Notes: generated by a model from the sequence alone, not told the origin. DNA of 64,000 nucleotides from an uncultured bacterium (GCA_963704645.1 OY969926.1:480001-544000); one strand, 5' to 3'; numbered from the stretch's first letter, positions 30,667-41,484 are shown. A program made the numbers and translations.

Positions 30667-31503
30667 ATGATCTCTCACATTTATCCAAAAAATATTGGTA
30701 AGTATTTAAACAAGGAAGAGTTTTTTTATTCAAATCAAGTAAATAAAATTAAACTGCCAAAACATACAATCATTAGAGTTTATGGGTTATCGGGGGTAGG
30801 TAAGGGAAGGCTTTCCCAAAATTTATCTCATTCCTTAAATATTCCAAATATTGATACAGGCAAAGTTTTTAGGTCTGTTTGCTACGCTTATTTAAATTTA
30901 AATTTCAAGGAAGTAACACCTGAGAATACCGCAGAAGTTTTCAAAACTTTAAGATTCCAATTAAGCAATAATCAGTTACAGGTTTTCTTTAAGAAAAAAG
31001 AGCTTTCACAGTTGAATTTAAAAAGTGCTGAAATTGATTCAGTAATAACCATTTATTCTAAAAACATTAATTTAAGGCAGCAAACATACGATGTTATTTT
31101 AAATTTCATAACTAAAATTGATACAGCCTGTTTAACCGATGCACGGGGAGCAAGTGAAGATTATATTGATAAAGCCGAAGCTATGGGCTATAAAATAATT
31201 AGAATTTTAGTAGATGTAGACTTTGAAACAAAACTAGCCAGATACTATGAGCAAATTAAGGAGTCAGATGAGGGTAAAATTGGCCGTACTCTGCGCGCCC
31301 CAGAACGGGAGAAACTTTATAAGCATTTGTGGCAGGTTATGAAGCAGCGTGACGAAAAAGATTTAGCCATCTCCGCAAGTGGTCAGTGGAGCTTAATTAG
31401 CTCAGATTCAGCCATTATTGACACTGGAAAATATAACATTCAAGAAAGTTTCCAAATAGTTTTAGGTTATATTTATAGTTTGGTAGAGGGGGTAAATAGT
31501 TAA
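30667..31503 (+). CDS. cmk: Cytidylate kinase-like protein
   Basis: GLSGVGKG, IDTGKVFR, RDEKD, AIIDTG. Confidence 0.75.
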   Translation: MISHIYPKNIGKYLNKEEFFYSNQVNKIKLPKHTIIRVYGLSGVGKGRLSQNLSHSLNIPNIDTGKVFRSVCYAYLNLNFKEVTPENTAEVFKTLRFQLSNNQLQVFFKKKELSQLNLKSAEIDSVITIYSKNINLRQQTYDVILNFITKIDTACLTDARGASEDYIDKAEAMGYKIIRILVDVDFETKLARYYEQIKESDEGKIGRTLRAPEREKLYKHLWQVMKQRDEKDLAISASGQWSLISSDSAIIDTGKYNIQESFQIVLGYIYSLVEGVNS

Positions 31504-31874
31504 ACAAAATTGAAATAGTTTTTATATAAGTCTTTCATTTTCTCGTCTAAAGTAATTACATTTTTAATATTATTTTCTATGGCGCAAGCCAGTTGCAAGG
31601 CATCCTCAAAATCTTCGTCTTTGCAAATTTGTTTGGCAATTTCATAGGTTGTACTACCTTGGTTTAAAACTTTAAATCTAGATAAAATAAAGTTTAGCTC
31701 CCAGTCTTCCAACTTAATTTTTTTACCGAAGTAATAAACTATATGAACAGTTAGAAATGAAATGTATACCTGCTCATACTCATTTAGTTTTGGTAGCAAA
31801 ATTGGAACTTGCTGTCTTTTAAAAAGAAGCTCTAAAACCACGTTTGTATCAAGAAATAAAGTCTTCAATTTCAT
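31500..31874 (-). CDS. PIN-domain (VapC) toxin
   Basis: FLDTNVVL, DFEDALQ, ITLD. Confidence 0.9.
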   Translation of the reverse strand: MKLKTLFLDTNVVLELLFKRQQVPILLPKLNEYEQVYISFLTVHIVYYFGKKIKLEDWELNFILSRFKVLNQGSTTYEIAKQICKDEDFEDALQLACAIENNIKNVITLDEKMKDLYKNYFNFV

Positions 31875-32112
31875 AATATTTATCCATTAACTCTTTATAA
31901 TTTTTAACTTCCTGATATTTTTTTGGAATTCTATCTGCCGATATTATATTGAAAGCCTCGGAAATAGGGGGTTGCTGTTTTGTCTGATCTACTTTAGTTG
32001 CCACTACCACTTTCTTTTTGTGATAATTTAACTCTACTTCCTCTCCTTTTAAAAGTAGTTCTATGAAATATCCCATTTGGCTGCGTAATTGTTTAGTAGT
32101 AAAAGAAACCAT
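31849..32112 (-). CDS. Phd/YefM-like antitoxin
   Basis: TTKQLRSQM...KGEEVEL; overlaps the PIN gene. Confidence 0.75.
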   Translation of the reverse strand: MVSFTTKQLRSQMGYFIELLLKGEEVELNYHKKKVVVATKVDQTKQQPPISEAFNIISADRIPKKYQEVKNYKELMDKYYEIEDFIS

Positions 32113-32148
32113 AAGTTCAACTTATTTATAATAAAAGGTTGAACTTAT
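32111..32148. promoter_or_regulatory. Putative TA operator inverted repeat
   Basis: ATAAGTTCAAC-N16-GTTGAACTTAT at the antitoxin start. Confidence 0.6.
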
Positions 32149-32279
32149 TTTGTATTTTGGTCAAAAATGGAGGTTTATTAGAGCAAAAACACCGTAAATC
32201 TGCAGTGAGACTGACAAATTACTTGGGTTTTTGGGTTGGACAGCTAATTTTCTTGTGCAAAATTAATCTATTTTGGGTT

Positions 32280-32515
32280 AGACCTACCGTAGTCATAAAA
32301 AATACAACCGTAACTCATGTTTAATTGTTCCAACAAGTTCTAAGCTTAAGGATAATAAATATTATTTTAAAATAAAATACAGTGGCCAAAATTATTCAGC
32401 CTTAATTTCTCAAATACAGGTTGTGGATAGTAAAAGATTTAGAAAGAAAATTGCGGAACTTACTGAAAATGAGCTAATTAATTTAAAGCAATATATTGTT
32501 TCACAAACTTTTTAG
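32280..32515 (+). pseudogene. 5'-truncated, frameshifted PemK/MazF toxin
   Basis: RPTVVIK/(K)YNRNSCLIVPTSSK...SALISQIQVVDSKRFRKKI; one A missing in the A-run near 32300. Confidence 0.75.
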
Positions 32516-32676
32516 CAATAAATTGACCTCTGTTTCCAGAGGTGTGTGGGTAATCCCAATTTGTTATCTAATAGTAAATACTTTTTATTTTTGTGTCAAA
32601 GTTGAGAGCTATTTATTAAAACGCCGTAAATTTGCAGTGGCATTGAGAAATTGCGTGGGTTTTTGGTTTTTGGATC

Positions 32677-34347
32677 TTAGTTTGGTAAAATTAATTTTGA
32701 TAAGCTTTCGAAGTTTGTTTTGAAATCAGTTTCCGTAATATTTTTACCTGCATACTTTCCAAGCTTAACCTTAACTTCCTTATCATTCTTAGCAGAGCTT
32801 GTATTTAGGTATGTCTTGAAAGGATGTTTTGTATTGGGATTGTCGACAAAGTGAAAATCGGATAAATTCAATTCTGAATTGAAATACTTGTTAATCAAAA
32901 ACTCACCATATAGCGGTTCTACCTCATCTCTTTTTAAATTTATAATTTTATTTTTATTTTCGCCTAAATCTATAAATTGCTGAAATTTTTTACTTTTATT
33001 AATTTCATCATCTATAATTACTTTTATATTTTCTGTCATTCCTAAATATAAGAATGCATCGTTTCTTAATTTAATAACTTCTCTTGCCTTTGCTTCGTCT
33101 TGACCATTGTCACTAAGTATAAATGTAAACGGCCGTACTGTAAAATGTGGATTTTCTTTTAATCCTGCTAGAAATGCGCAAACACTTTTTTCTGCTAAGA
33201 AAGTTAGATTGCCAAAATAATCATTTATACTACTGCCCAACATTTCGTTTACTACATTTATACAATCACTGCCCAGATAACCATTTTCTCCCTCTCCCTT
33301 AATTCCAAAGACATCAACTGTCTGACCATTTTCTATCATGTAAACTTTTTGTGTGTCCTTAAACTTTCCAGCAGCACTAATAATAAATGGGCTATGGGTG
33401 GTTATTAGGAATTGAATGTTTAAGTTTTTTGCCAAATATTCTAAAATTCGTGCAAGATTTTTCTGTAATAATGGCTGCAAGTGTAACTCTGGTTCATCAA
33501 TCAGAATGAGTTTTTTATTCTTTATAGTTTTATTTTTCTGCAATAAACAATAATCAATTAGCTCAGATACTGACACCTCTCCTGAAGAAAGATGATTTGG
33601 TTCATATGTACTAGATAAATCTGAAATACCAAGGTCTAAGTAAACCTGTTTTCTATATTTGGCCAGGTCAGCTCTGCCTGTGTAAAATTCATGGAAGTAA
33701 TTATATGTGCCTCCTGCAACTTTTTCTCTTCCCGCCCCTAATACCCTAAACAAAACTCCATAATATCGAAACAATCTGGTAACAACATGTTTTTTTATAG
33801 ATGCTTTATGAATATTTCTTTGTTCTCCACTTTCAACCTCATGAGTTATTGTACCATCGCTTAAAAACTCTACTAGTTTGTCATCAACCCATAATAAATT
33901 ATCCGTAATGTAGTTGAATTCTAAATTATCGAAGTCAAACAATTCATGGAAACTATTAACCACGTGTTGATTATTTTCGAACCATGTTTTATACCAAATT
34001 GATGATAATAAAGACCTTTCTGTAGTAAATTCTAATTTTGCAAATTGATTATTACGACTTTTCATCTCAATTATTTTAGGTGTTAAGGTGTACATAAAAT
34101 TTCCTCTTAGATAATTTAGTATTTCTACACCCCTATCCAGACCAGCAATATTATCCTTAAAATTTGATAAAAACCAACATAGGTGGACAGCCTCTAACAC
34201 ACTACTCTTGCCACCACCATTTTCACCTACTAAATAATTTATTTGAGCTAAGTTTTTAAGTTCTAAAGGTTTTTTAACAGTGTTTCCATTCCCATCTTCT
34301 TCATCTTGAATTGCCTTAAAGTTCTGTATTTTTATGCTGTCCAACAT
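32677..34347 (-). CDS. ABC-type (AAA_15/21) ATPase with possible degenerate TOPRIM tail; OLD-like or defence-related
   Basis: IQNFKAI, GENGGGKSS, LSSGE, LIDEPELHL, ITTHSP. Confidence 0.75.
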   Translation of the reverse strand: MLDSIKIQNFKAIQDEEDGNGNTVKKPLELKNLAQINYLVGENGGGKSSVLEAVHLCWFLSNFKDNIAGLDRGVEILNYLRGNFMYTLTPKIIEMKSRNNQFAKLEFTTERSLLSSIWYKTWFENNQHVVNSFHELFDFDNLEFNYITDNLLWVDDKLVEFLSDGTITHEVESGEQRNIHKASIKKHVVTRLFRYYGVLFRVLGAGREKVAGGTYNYFHEFYTGRADLAKYRKQVYLDLGISDLSSTYEPNHLSSGEVSVSELIDYCLLQKNKTIKNKKLILIDEPELHLQPLLQKNLARILEYLAKNLNIQFLITTHSPFIISAAGKFKDTQKVYMIENGQTVDVFGIKGEGENGYLGSDCINVVNEMLGSSINDYFGNLTFLAEKSVCAFLAGLKENPHFTVRPFTFILSDNGQDEAKAREVIKLRNDAFLYLGMTENIKVIIDDEINKSKKFQQFIDLGENKNKIINLKRDEVEPLYGEFLINKYFNSELNLSDFHFVDNPNTKHPFKTYLNTSSAKNDKEVKVKLGKYAGKNITETDFKTNFESLSKLILPN

Positions 34348-34445
34348 ATTTTGCCTAAAAATATAATTCTTAGGGTTTTATGTAAACCAAAAAATACTAA
34401 GTGTGTTTTATTTTTATGGCTTAGACCCTGAAACAAGTTCAGGGT

Positions 34446-35525
34446 TGTATATGTCATAAATTTCAGTGACAGAATTTAAATCTTCTTTTAGATTATTTCT
34501 GTTAAATTTTTAACAACATATATTCTAACATAATATGCGTTTAAACGATAATACTTTAACCAAGAATTACCTTAGACATATGAAACAATTAGTTCAAGAA
34601 TATGAATTAATTAAAACAAGGAAACATCCTAGATATGTATTTGTAAATGAATTCTACAAAGCAAATAATATAACTAGACAAAACTTCATCAAATATTACA
34701 ATAGGTATAAATTAGTTTCTATGGATAGTAGTTTAATTCCAAAGAAAAGAGGGAGAAAGTTTGGTAGTTTAAAAAGTATTCCTTTCATACAGAATAAGAT
34801 TATTGAACTTAGAAACCAAGGATTTGGTAGATATGAGATACACGATTTCCTTTTACCTAAGTATGGTAAATATACTCCTTCACCTACGACTATTTACAAT
34901 ATACTATTAAAGAAAGGATTGAATAGATTAGATCCAAGAGTAATTCAAACTAACAAAAGAAGAATCATTAAAGATAAAGCAGGAGAATTAGGCCATATGG
35001 ATTGCCACAGACTAGCTAAAGGAATACTGGAGGGTGAAAAGAATGAATACTTTCTACTAAGCTTAACAGATGACTTTACTAGAATAGTTATGACCATACT
35101 AATACCTAATCTGCAAGCTCTAACAGTTATGCTTTATACTCAAAGATTATTAGCAGTATTCAATAGATGTTACAACATAGATTTTCAAAGTATATTAACA
35201 GACAATGGACCCGAATTTGGAAGGAAAGAAACAAAAGAAGAAAACAAACAAAACCATCCATTTGAAAGATTACTGTTAGAATACAACATTAAGCATAAGT
35301 ACACTAGAGCCTACAGGCCACAAACCAATGGTAAAGTAGAAAGATTCTGGAGAAGTTTAGAGGAAGAATTACTTAGAGAGCAAGTATACCCAGATAAAGA
35401 AAGTTTAGAAGAAGAATTATTTGAATATTGTTGCTACTTCAACCATATTAGAAGACATCAAGGTATTGGTAATATTACTCCCTATGAGAAACTTAATTCT
35501 GTCACTGAATAAGTTGACATATACA
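34446..35525 (+). mobile_element. IS481-family element copy 1 (1080 bp)
   Basis: TGT...ACA ends; 31-bp imperfect TIR TGTATATGTCA-N5-TTCAGTGACAGAATT; AGGGT duplication. Confidence 0.95.
34535..35512 (+). CDS. IS481-family DDE transposase
   Basis: GELGHMD, TDNGPEF, PQTNGKVERF, RRHQGIG. Confidence 0.95.
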   Translation: MRLNDNTLTKNYLRHMKQLVQEYELIKTRKHPRYVFVNEFYKANNITRQNFIKYYNRYKLVSMDSSLIPKKRGRKFGSLKSIPFIQNKIIELRNQGFGRYEIHDFLLPKYGKYTPSPTTIYNILLKKGLNRLDPRVIQTNKRRIIKDKAGELGHMDCHRLAKGILEGEKNEYFLLSLTDDFTRIVMTILIPNLQALTVMLYTQRLLAVFNRCYNIDFQSILTDNGPEFGRKETKEENKQNHPFERLLLEYNIKHKYTRAYRPQTNGKVERFWRSLEEELLREQVYPDKESLEEELFEYCCYFNHIRRHQGIGNITPYEKLNSVTE

Positions 35526-35601
35526 AGGGTGACATGGCTCGCTCGCAGATCTCAAACTTGTCTATTTACAAAGTGTAATTGGTGGGCTAAACTAAGCTAG
35601 A

Positions 35602-37575
35602 TTGGCTACAGATTTAAACAGTTTAAAAAGTAAGATAAGGGTTAAACATAGTGAGAAATTAACTTTGGGTGACCAGTTTAAAAAGGCTTTGAAATATAGG
35701 TTTTTTTTGTATGTAAACTTTATTTTAATTACAGCCGTTTTGTTTTTAAGCTTGGGTGTACGTTTGAATCAAACAGTTGTAAAAGCTAAAGATTTAAGCC
35801 CAGGCTGGTTTGAAGTTGCCAGAACATTTCTAGATTTAAACGAAAAAGATAGGCAAAATAGTGTTTTACAAATTAAGCAAGAAGCGCGAGATGCTTTAAA
35901 ACCCATTGGTAATTTTACGCTTACAAATGGTTTAATAGAAGCTCAAATTGATGAATTAGATGGTCTTTTCCAGGAATGGTTAACAACATTAAAGCCTTTG
36001 TTGGTATATAGATTTAGCCCAAACGGTTTAATTTCAAGTAAAAATAGTGAAGATTATTTCACTAACGATTTGGAAAAAATACTAAATAATTTGCCTCCGC
36101 TTTTATTAAAAACTGAACAAAAATGGGATTCGGTTAGTTTAGTGCGCTGGGCTTTAAAAAACTTTGGAACGGCAAGAATTAAATTTGCTTTGCAATTAGT
36201 TGATGATAGTTTTGCTTGGATTAAGAAAATTTATCCTAATCGTGATCAGATTCTACAAATTTTAGGCAATGACACCAGGCAGAGAATTTTAATTTTCAAC
36301 CAAAACATTGGGGAAGCAAGGCCAACCGGTGGTTTTATTGGTTCTTATATTCCAATTGAATTGTTTAAGGGTAGGCTGACCATTGGCGAAAGTCAGAGTA
36401 TTTACAATGTAGACGGCTCTAAGCCCAAACCGCTGCTTACACATCCTGCTAATTGGTATTACGCTTTAGACTATAATGGCTATGGTGAAAGTGGTATTAG
36501 AAACATTAATTATTTTCAGTGTTTTCCTTCAACTGCATCGGCTTTACAGCGTGAATTTGCAACTAGTTCGCAGGGTTTTTCAGCTGATATTATCGTATTT
36601 TTAAACCCGCAATTGCTGCAATCTTTGTGGCCAGACAATTTAACAATTCAAACCCAGACAGTGGGGGAAATAAATAGATTTAACTTTTTGGAGCAGGTGG
36701 AAAAACTTACTAGCCCTTCTCTTTTGGCTAAAGATGATAAAAATCCAAAGGCTGAAATAAGTGTTGTGGCCGAAGCTTTAATTAACAATTTTAGCAAAGT
36801 TTTAGATCAGCAAAGCAGCTCTGAACTGGCCACAATAATGGGAGTGAATTTGCTTGCTAGAAACTTACAAATTTGGTTCAAAAATAGTTTAATTCAAGGT
36901 TATTGGGAAGAAACTGGCTTGGCTTCCACACAAACTTGTGAAGGGAAAAGTTCTATTCCAACAGTATCTTTTTTGTTAGCTAATTTATCTAGTGATAAGC
37001 GTAATTTAATAAGTAAAAATCAGTTTAGTTTTTATTCTGAAAGTGTTCTTGGTGGTCATAATATTCACTTTACATACCAGCAAATTATTCCAGACTCTCC
37101 AGACTTGTTGCGCGGTTTTAATTCCGATACGCCATTAACTTTTGTAGGACTTCAAATTCCTAAAGATGCTACTAAATTAAATGTATCTGGAAATAATGTT
37201 TTGAAGTTGCCAGCCTTAAGGCAAAACTTTATGGCCTTAGCTAGCAGTCAAATTGGTAGTTCGCCAAAGTTGCTTGAAGAAGCTAAAATTGTTGAAGAAA
37301 GTATGTCAGATTTGGAAACTGGTTTTGTATATTTTCAACCAGATGGAAGTCAAGTTATAGGGGCTTATATTAGAGATACGCAAGCTAGCAAAACTAAGTT
37401 TTCGTTCTTTATTCCAAATCGTTCAGGCGCTATTAAATTTTATTCTCAGCCTGGCATGGTTAATACCAGTTTGTCTTTAGGGGAAGGTGTAGAATTTAAA
37501 GATTTTCCAAGCCAGAAGTATTTAACTAAGCAAGATAGTATTGCCATTGGAACCAGTTTAATTTTGACAAATTAA
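35602..37575 (+). CDS. DUF4012-like membrane-anchored protein
   Basis: ILIFNQNIGEARPTGGFIGSY. Confidence 0.75.
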   Translation: MATDLNSLKSKIRVKHSEKLTLGDQFKKALKYRFFLYVNFILITAVLFLSLGVRLNQTVVKAKDLSPGWFEVARTFLDLNEKDRQNSVLQIKQEARDALKPIGNFTLTNGLIEAQIDELDGLFQEWLTTLKPLLVYRFSPNGLISSKNSEDYFTNDLEKILNNLPPLLLKTEQKWDSVSLVRWALKNFGTARIKFALQLVDDSFAWIKKIYPNRDQILQILGNDTRQRILIFNQNIGEARPTGGFIGSYIPIELFKGRLTIGESQSIYNVDGSKPKPLLTHPANWYYALDYNGYGESGIRNINYFQCFPSTASALQREFATSSQGFSADIIVFLNPQLLQSLWPDNLTIQTQTVGEINRFNFLEQVEKLTSPSLLAKDDKNPKAEISVVAEALINNFSKVLDQQSSSELATIMGVNLLARNLQIWFKNSLIQGYWEETGLASTQTCEGKSSIPTVSFLLANLSSDKRNLISKNQFSFYSESVLGGHNIHFTYQQIIPDSPDLLRGFNSDTPLTFVGLQIPKDATKLNVSGNNVLKLPALRQNFMALASSQIGSSPKLLEEAKIVEESMSDLETGFVYFQPDGSQVIGAYIRDTQASKTKFSFFIPNRSGAIKFYSQPGMVNTSLSLGEGVEFKDFPSQKYLTKQDSIAIGTSLILTN

Positions 37576-37598
37576 TTAGCCTGAAACAAGGTAAATAA

Positions 37599-38795
37599 GT
37601 GTTAAATATTGTAGTTTTAAGTTCTAATAAGAAAGGTAAGTGCGGAATTAAAGATTATACCGAGCGTGTTTTTGATGAAGAATATTATGCTGAAAATTCT
37701 GTTGAAATTTTACCAATTGGTTTAATAAATTGTTTAAAAATTCCATTTAATAAAGCAGATATTGTGCATTTGCAGCACGAGTTCTTTTTGTTTGATAAAT
37801 TAATTGGAATAACAGGATTATTATTTGTTTTTTACTTCGGAATTGTTTCTTTTTTTACTAAGAAAAAACTTATTACTACGGTTCATTCTATTCATAACCC
37901 AAACAATTTAGAATTGGCTTTGCCACATTTTGCAAAGTTCAAAATTTTGTTTCCACTATTATCATTTTATTTAAAAGTTTACTATAGGACTATTATTTTG
38001 TTTAGCCAAAAAACTGTTGTTTTAAGTAAATCTTCAGCCGATGTACTGTATTCACTCACCTCAAAGCCTACTCAAAATAAAAACAAAATTGTAGTTTTGC
38101 CCCACGGTGTTTTCCCAAGGCTGCTAGAAAATACCAATACCAACTTGCTACAAGAAAAATTTTCTGTTCCAGTTAATTCACAAATTTGGACATTGTTTGG
38201 ATTCGCTTTTGAAAACAAAGGTTATCATTTAGCCATACAAGCTTTATCTAAAATTTTAGAACAAAATTCGGCCTCAAACATCCACTTAGTAATTGTAAGT
38301 GGGGAAGGACAGGTGATGTCTGCAGATGGAAATTCTGGTGAATCTTATTTAAGTTATTTAAAAAGAATTACTAAAGAAAGTAATTTGGAAGATAGAGTTC
38401 ATTTTACAGGCTTTTTGGGATATGATGAACCAAATCAAAAAGCTTTGTTGGCAGAAATATTCACTAAAACTTTTGCATTTCTATTTCCTTATTTTAACAG
38501 AAGTAACGCTTCGGGGGCTATGGCCAGTATTTTAAGTTATCAAAAACCAGTACTAGTTTCAGATATTCAATATTTTCAGGAGTTTCCATTTTTGCCTACT
38601 TTTAAGGAGGGTAATGTTGAAGATTTAATTGAAAAAATGCTTAGTTTTTCTAGCTCAAATTACGCCGAAGAATTAGTAGAAAAAGTATCCAAATACGTTG
38701 CTGAAAATAATTTGCAACAAGTTTTTGTTCAGCATATAAATTTGTATAAGGAAGTTTTGTCACCAGAGCACTGGAACGGTGTCTTTAGTAATTAA
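37599..38795 (+). CDS. GT4 glycosyltransferase
   Basis: CGIKDY, HLQHEF, FGFAFENKG, SGAMA, KPVLVSD. Confidence 0.85.
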   Translation: MLNIVVLSSNKKGKCGIKDYTERVFDEEYYAENSVEILPIGLINCLKIPFNKADIVHLQHEFFLFDKLIGITGLLFVFYFGIVSFFTKKKLITTVHSIHNPNNLELALPHFAKFKILFPLLSFYLKVYYRTIILFSQKTVVLSKSSADVLYSLTSKPTQNKNKIVVLPHGVFPRLLENTNTNLLQEKFSVPVNSQIWTLFGFAFENKGYHLAIQALSKILEQNSASNIHLVIVSGEGQVMSADGNSGESYLSYLKRITKESNLEDRVHFTGFLGYDEPNQKALLAEIFTKTFAFLFPYFNRSNASGAMASILSYQKPVLVSDIQYFQEFPFLPTFKEGNVEDLIEKMLSFSSSNYAEELVEKVSKYVAENNLQQVFVQHINLYKEVLSPEHWNGVFSN

Positions 38796-38810
38796 TTAAA
38801 TAATTGAAAT

Positions 38811-39968
38811 ATGAATGAACTTAAAATTGCTTGTCATTTACCAAACAGAGAAAGGTGCGGAATTGCAACTTATGCTAAAAATTTATACGCTCAGGCCGAT
38901 AAATTAAACTCCATCATAAATAATGATGAGACTGCTAAGACTGAAATTAAACTCCAACCTTTTGATACAAAGTTGGCAGATTTGTTTAAGCTTCTTTTCA
39001 AAAAAGTTGATGTTATTCATTTTCAACATGAGTTTGGAATTTGGCCTTTGTTTGGCCTTAGTTTTTTAATATATTTATCATTTTTAAGTGCTATAAATCT
39101 CATTCAAAACAGAAAAATTGTTGTTACAATGCATACAGTTTGGGAGATAAATAAATTAGATAAAATTTTTGCTCATTACCCAAAATATTTACAATTTATT
39201 ATTAGCATTTATTTAAAAACAAGTTACTTTTTAATAACCAATTTAAGCCACAAAGTTTTAGTTTTAAATGAAAATTCGGTGGAAGTATTAAACCAATTTT
39301 CATCAAATAAAAAGAAGGTTGAATATTTGCCACATGGTTTATTTTTGCCAGAAAAAAATGAGGTTGGCTTTGAAGTTCTAAGTAAAAATTATAATTTAAA
39401 ATTAGAAGAAAAATTAATTGTAATGTTTGGCTTTGCTTACCCCAATAAAGGTTTTCATTTAGCTATAGAAGCACTTCCTGAAATTTTAAAAAAAGTGCCA
39501 GAGGCAAAAATTATTCTGGCTTGTTCAGCGCCTAGCGATGGAGGACAAAATTATATGGAAACTTTAGAAAATTTAGCAATAAAATTAAACATTCAAGATA
39601 AGGTAATTTTTACAGGTTTTTTGGAAGATAATGACCCCAAACTTCAGGCTATTTTTAAGTACGCAACTTGCTTTGTTTACCCATATTTTAACCGAAGTGG
39701 GGCTTCTGGTTCTGTTGCTACAGTGTTTGGATATGAAAAACCAATTTTAGTTAGCAATATTCAGTTTTTTGAAAACTTTAGTTTTTTGCCTAAATTTAAG
39801 GAAGGCGATGTACAAGACTTGACATTACAGATAGTTCAGCTACTGTTAGAAAATAGAGACAGCAAAGGATACGAAAATTATTTAAATAGTATAAAACAAT
39901 ATTTAGATAAGCACAGTATTCGCCAAAGTTTCCAATTACAAATTAAAACTTTCTTAAATCTTTTTTAA
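38811..39968 (+). CDS. GT4 glycosyltransferase (paralog of the previous gene)
   Basis: CGIATY, HFQHEFG, FGFAYPNKG, YFNRSGASG. Confidence 0.85.
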   Translation: MNELKIACHLPNRERCGIATYAKNLYAQADKLNSIINNDETAKTEIKLQPFDTKLADLFKLLFKKVDVIHFQHEFGIWPLFGLSFLIYLSFLSAINLIQNRKIVVTMHTVWEINKLDKIFAHYPKYLQFIISIYLKTSYFLITNLSHKVLVLNENSVEVLNQFSSNKKKVEYLPHGLFLPEKNEVGFEVLSKNYNLKLEEKLIVMFGFAYPNKGFHLAIEALPEILKKVPEAKIILACSAPSDGGQNYMETLENLAIKLNIQDKVIFTGFLEDNDPKLQAIFKYATCFVYPYFNRSGASGSVATVFGYEKPILVSNIQFFENFSFLPKFKEGDVQDLTLQIVQLLLENRDSKGYENYLNSIKQYLDKHSIRQSFQLQIKTFLNLF

Positions 39969-39991
39969 AACTCCAAATATTACAAAACAAT

Positions 39992-40741
39992 ATGATCCAA
40001 CTTCGTGAAAAAATTGAACTTTCTCCATCTTTAATAGACTATAAGTTTAAAAATCCAACTTTAAATAATTTAACTTCTAGTTTCCCTTTTTATTATTTTA
40101 GAAGGTTTTTGTACTACTCAGGATTACAATCTTCCATTCAAAAAGAGTTAATTTATAACGAAAGAATTGCAGAATATCCTTATGTATTTAAGCAATTAGG
40201 AGCTTTTGGTGATAAAATTAAAACAGTAATGGATATTGGAAGTAACGATTCTATTTTGCCTTTGCAATTGGCTACTGTTGGTTATGAAGTTACAGCTTTG
40301 GATCAAATTAACACCGAAAATATTTATCATCCAAACATGAAATTTATTTGCCAAGATTTGTTTGATAACTCTTTTGAAGATAACACTTTTGATGCGATTG
40401 TTTCTGTTTCTGTTATTGAACACATGGGATTTGGTTTTTACGGAGACAAAGTAATGGAAGATGCAGATAAAAAGGCATTTGAAGAGGTTTACAGAATGTT
40501 AAAGCCAGGTGGAGTTGCTGTTATTACTATTCCATTATTTGAACACGGAAATTACTGGGACGATAAAATTACTAAATTTACAGAAGAAAGAATTGATTTA
40601 ATTTGTAAGCCGTTTAAAGTTTTAGATAAGCAACTTTCTTCTAAGCAAACAAAGCAGCATGGCAGCAAAACTTTCGAGTTCTTTGCTCCTGCTAAAAAAC
40701 CTACAGAATGGAATGTTTGGTTGTTAACTTTGCAAAAGTAA
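39992..40741 (+). CDS. Class I SAM-dependent methyltransferase
   Basis: MDIGS, FDAIVSVSVIEH, RMLKPGG. Confidence 0.88.
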   Translation: MIQLREKIELSPSLIDYKFKNPTLNNLTSSFPFYYFRRFLYYSGLQSSIQKELIYNERIAEYPYVFKQLGAFGDKIKTVMDIGSNDSILPLQLATVGYEVTALDQINTENIYHPNMKFICQDLFDNSFEDNTFDAIVSVSVIEHMGFGFYGDKVMEDADKKAFEEVYRMLKPGGVAVITIPLFEHGNYWDDKITKFTEERIDLICKPFKVLDKQLSSKQTKQHGSKTFEFFAPAKKPTEWNVWLLTLQK

Positions 40742-40819
40742 TCTTTTAGTAGTCACCAAATTATTGTTTTAATTACTTTATTGAGATCACTCCAATCTTC
40801 CAACACCAATGTTAAATTT

Positions 40820-41416
40820 ATGAATAATCAAGAAATTTTAGAGGCAGCTTGGGGCTTCAAGCCTTGCATTAAAAAGCAATGGTTTTATAAAGAAAATGCT
40901 GTAAAAAAAGTTTTAGATTATGGTTGTGGTTTTGGTGTTTACGGGCAAAATTTAGCTAGTCACGGCTTTGATGTTTATTTTGCCGATGTTGATGATAAAT
41001 TTTTAGATGCAATTCCAACTTCCAAGGAAAAAAAGTTTAAAATTGAATTTGATGCTTTGCCTTTTGAAGATAACCAATTTGATACAATTATTTTAGGTGA
41101 TGTAATAGAGCATGTGCAAGATCTAGATAAATTTTGGGCTGAAGTACAACGTGTAACTTCTTCTAAAATTCTTGTTTCTGTTCCCCGCAGAGAAACACCT
41201 TTCTGGTTTAAACCTCTAAATATTACATGGAAAGCCTACGAAGACATTACCCATAAACGTTATTTTGAGGAAAAAGAATTGCAAAGTTTAGCCAATTCAA
41301 ATTGGTCAGTTTCTATTCAGAAATATTATCCAAGAGCTAAACTAAATTGGCTGTTTAATTTTTTGGAAAAAATTGGGTACTATCCTGGGTATTTGGCGGT
41401 TTTTAGTAGGGTTTAG
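40820..41416 (+). CDS. Class I SAM-dependent methyltransferase
   Basis: VLDYGCGFG, LPFEDNQFD, DVIEHV. Confidence 0.88.
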   Translation: MNNQEILEAAWGFKPCIKKQWFYKENAVKKVLDYGCGFGVYGQNLASHGFDVYFADVDDKFLDAIPTSKEKKFKIEFDALPFEDNQFDTIILGDVIEHVQDLDKFWAEVQRVTSSKILVSVPRRETPFWFKPLNITWKAYEDITHKRYFEEKELQSLANSNWSVSIQKYYPRAKLNWLFNFLEKIGYYPGYLAVFSRV

Positions 41417-41484
41417 TTGATAGTTCGAAATAATTTGTTGATGGCAATAAGTTAATTTTATTTAATCAGACTCACTTAAATTTT

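Noticed and set aside
32186-32666. Integron attC sites
   Set aside because: No paired RYYYAAC/GTTRRRY ends and no integrase.
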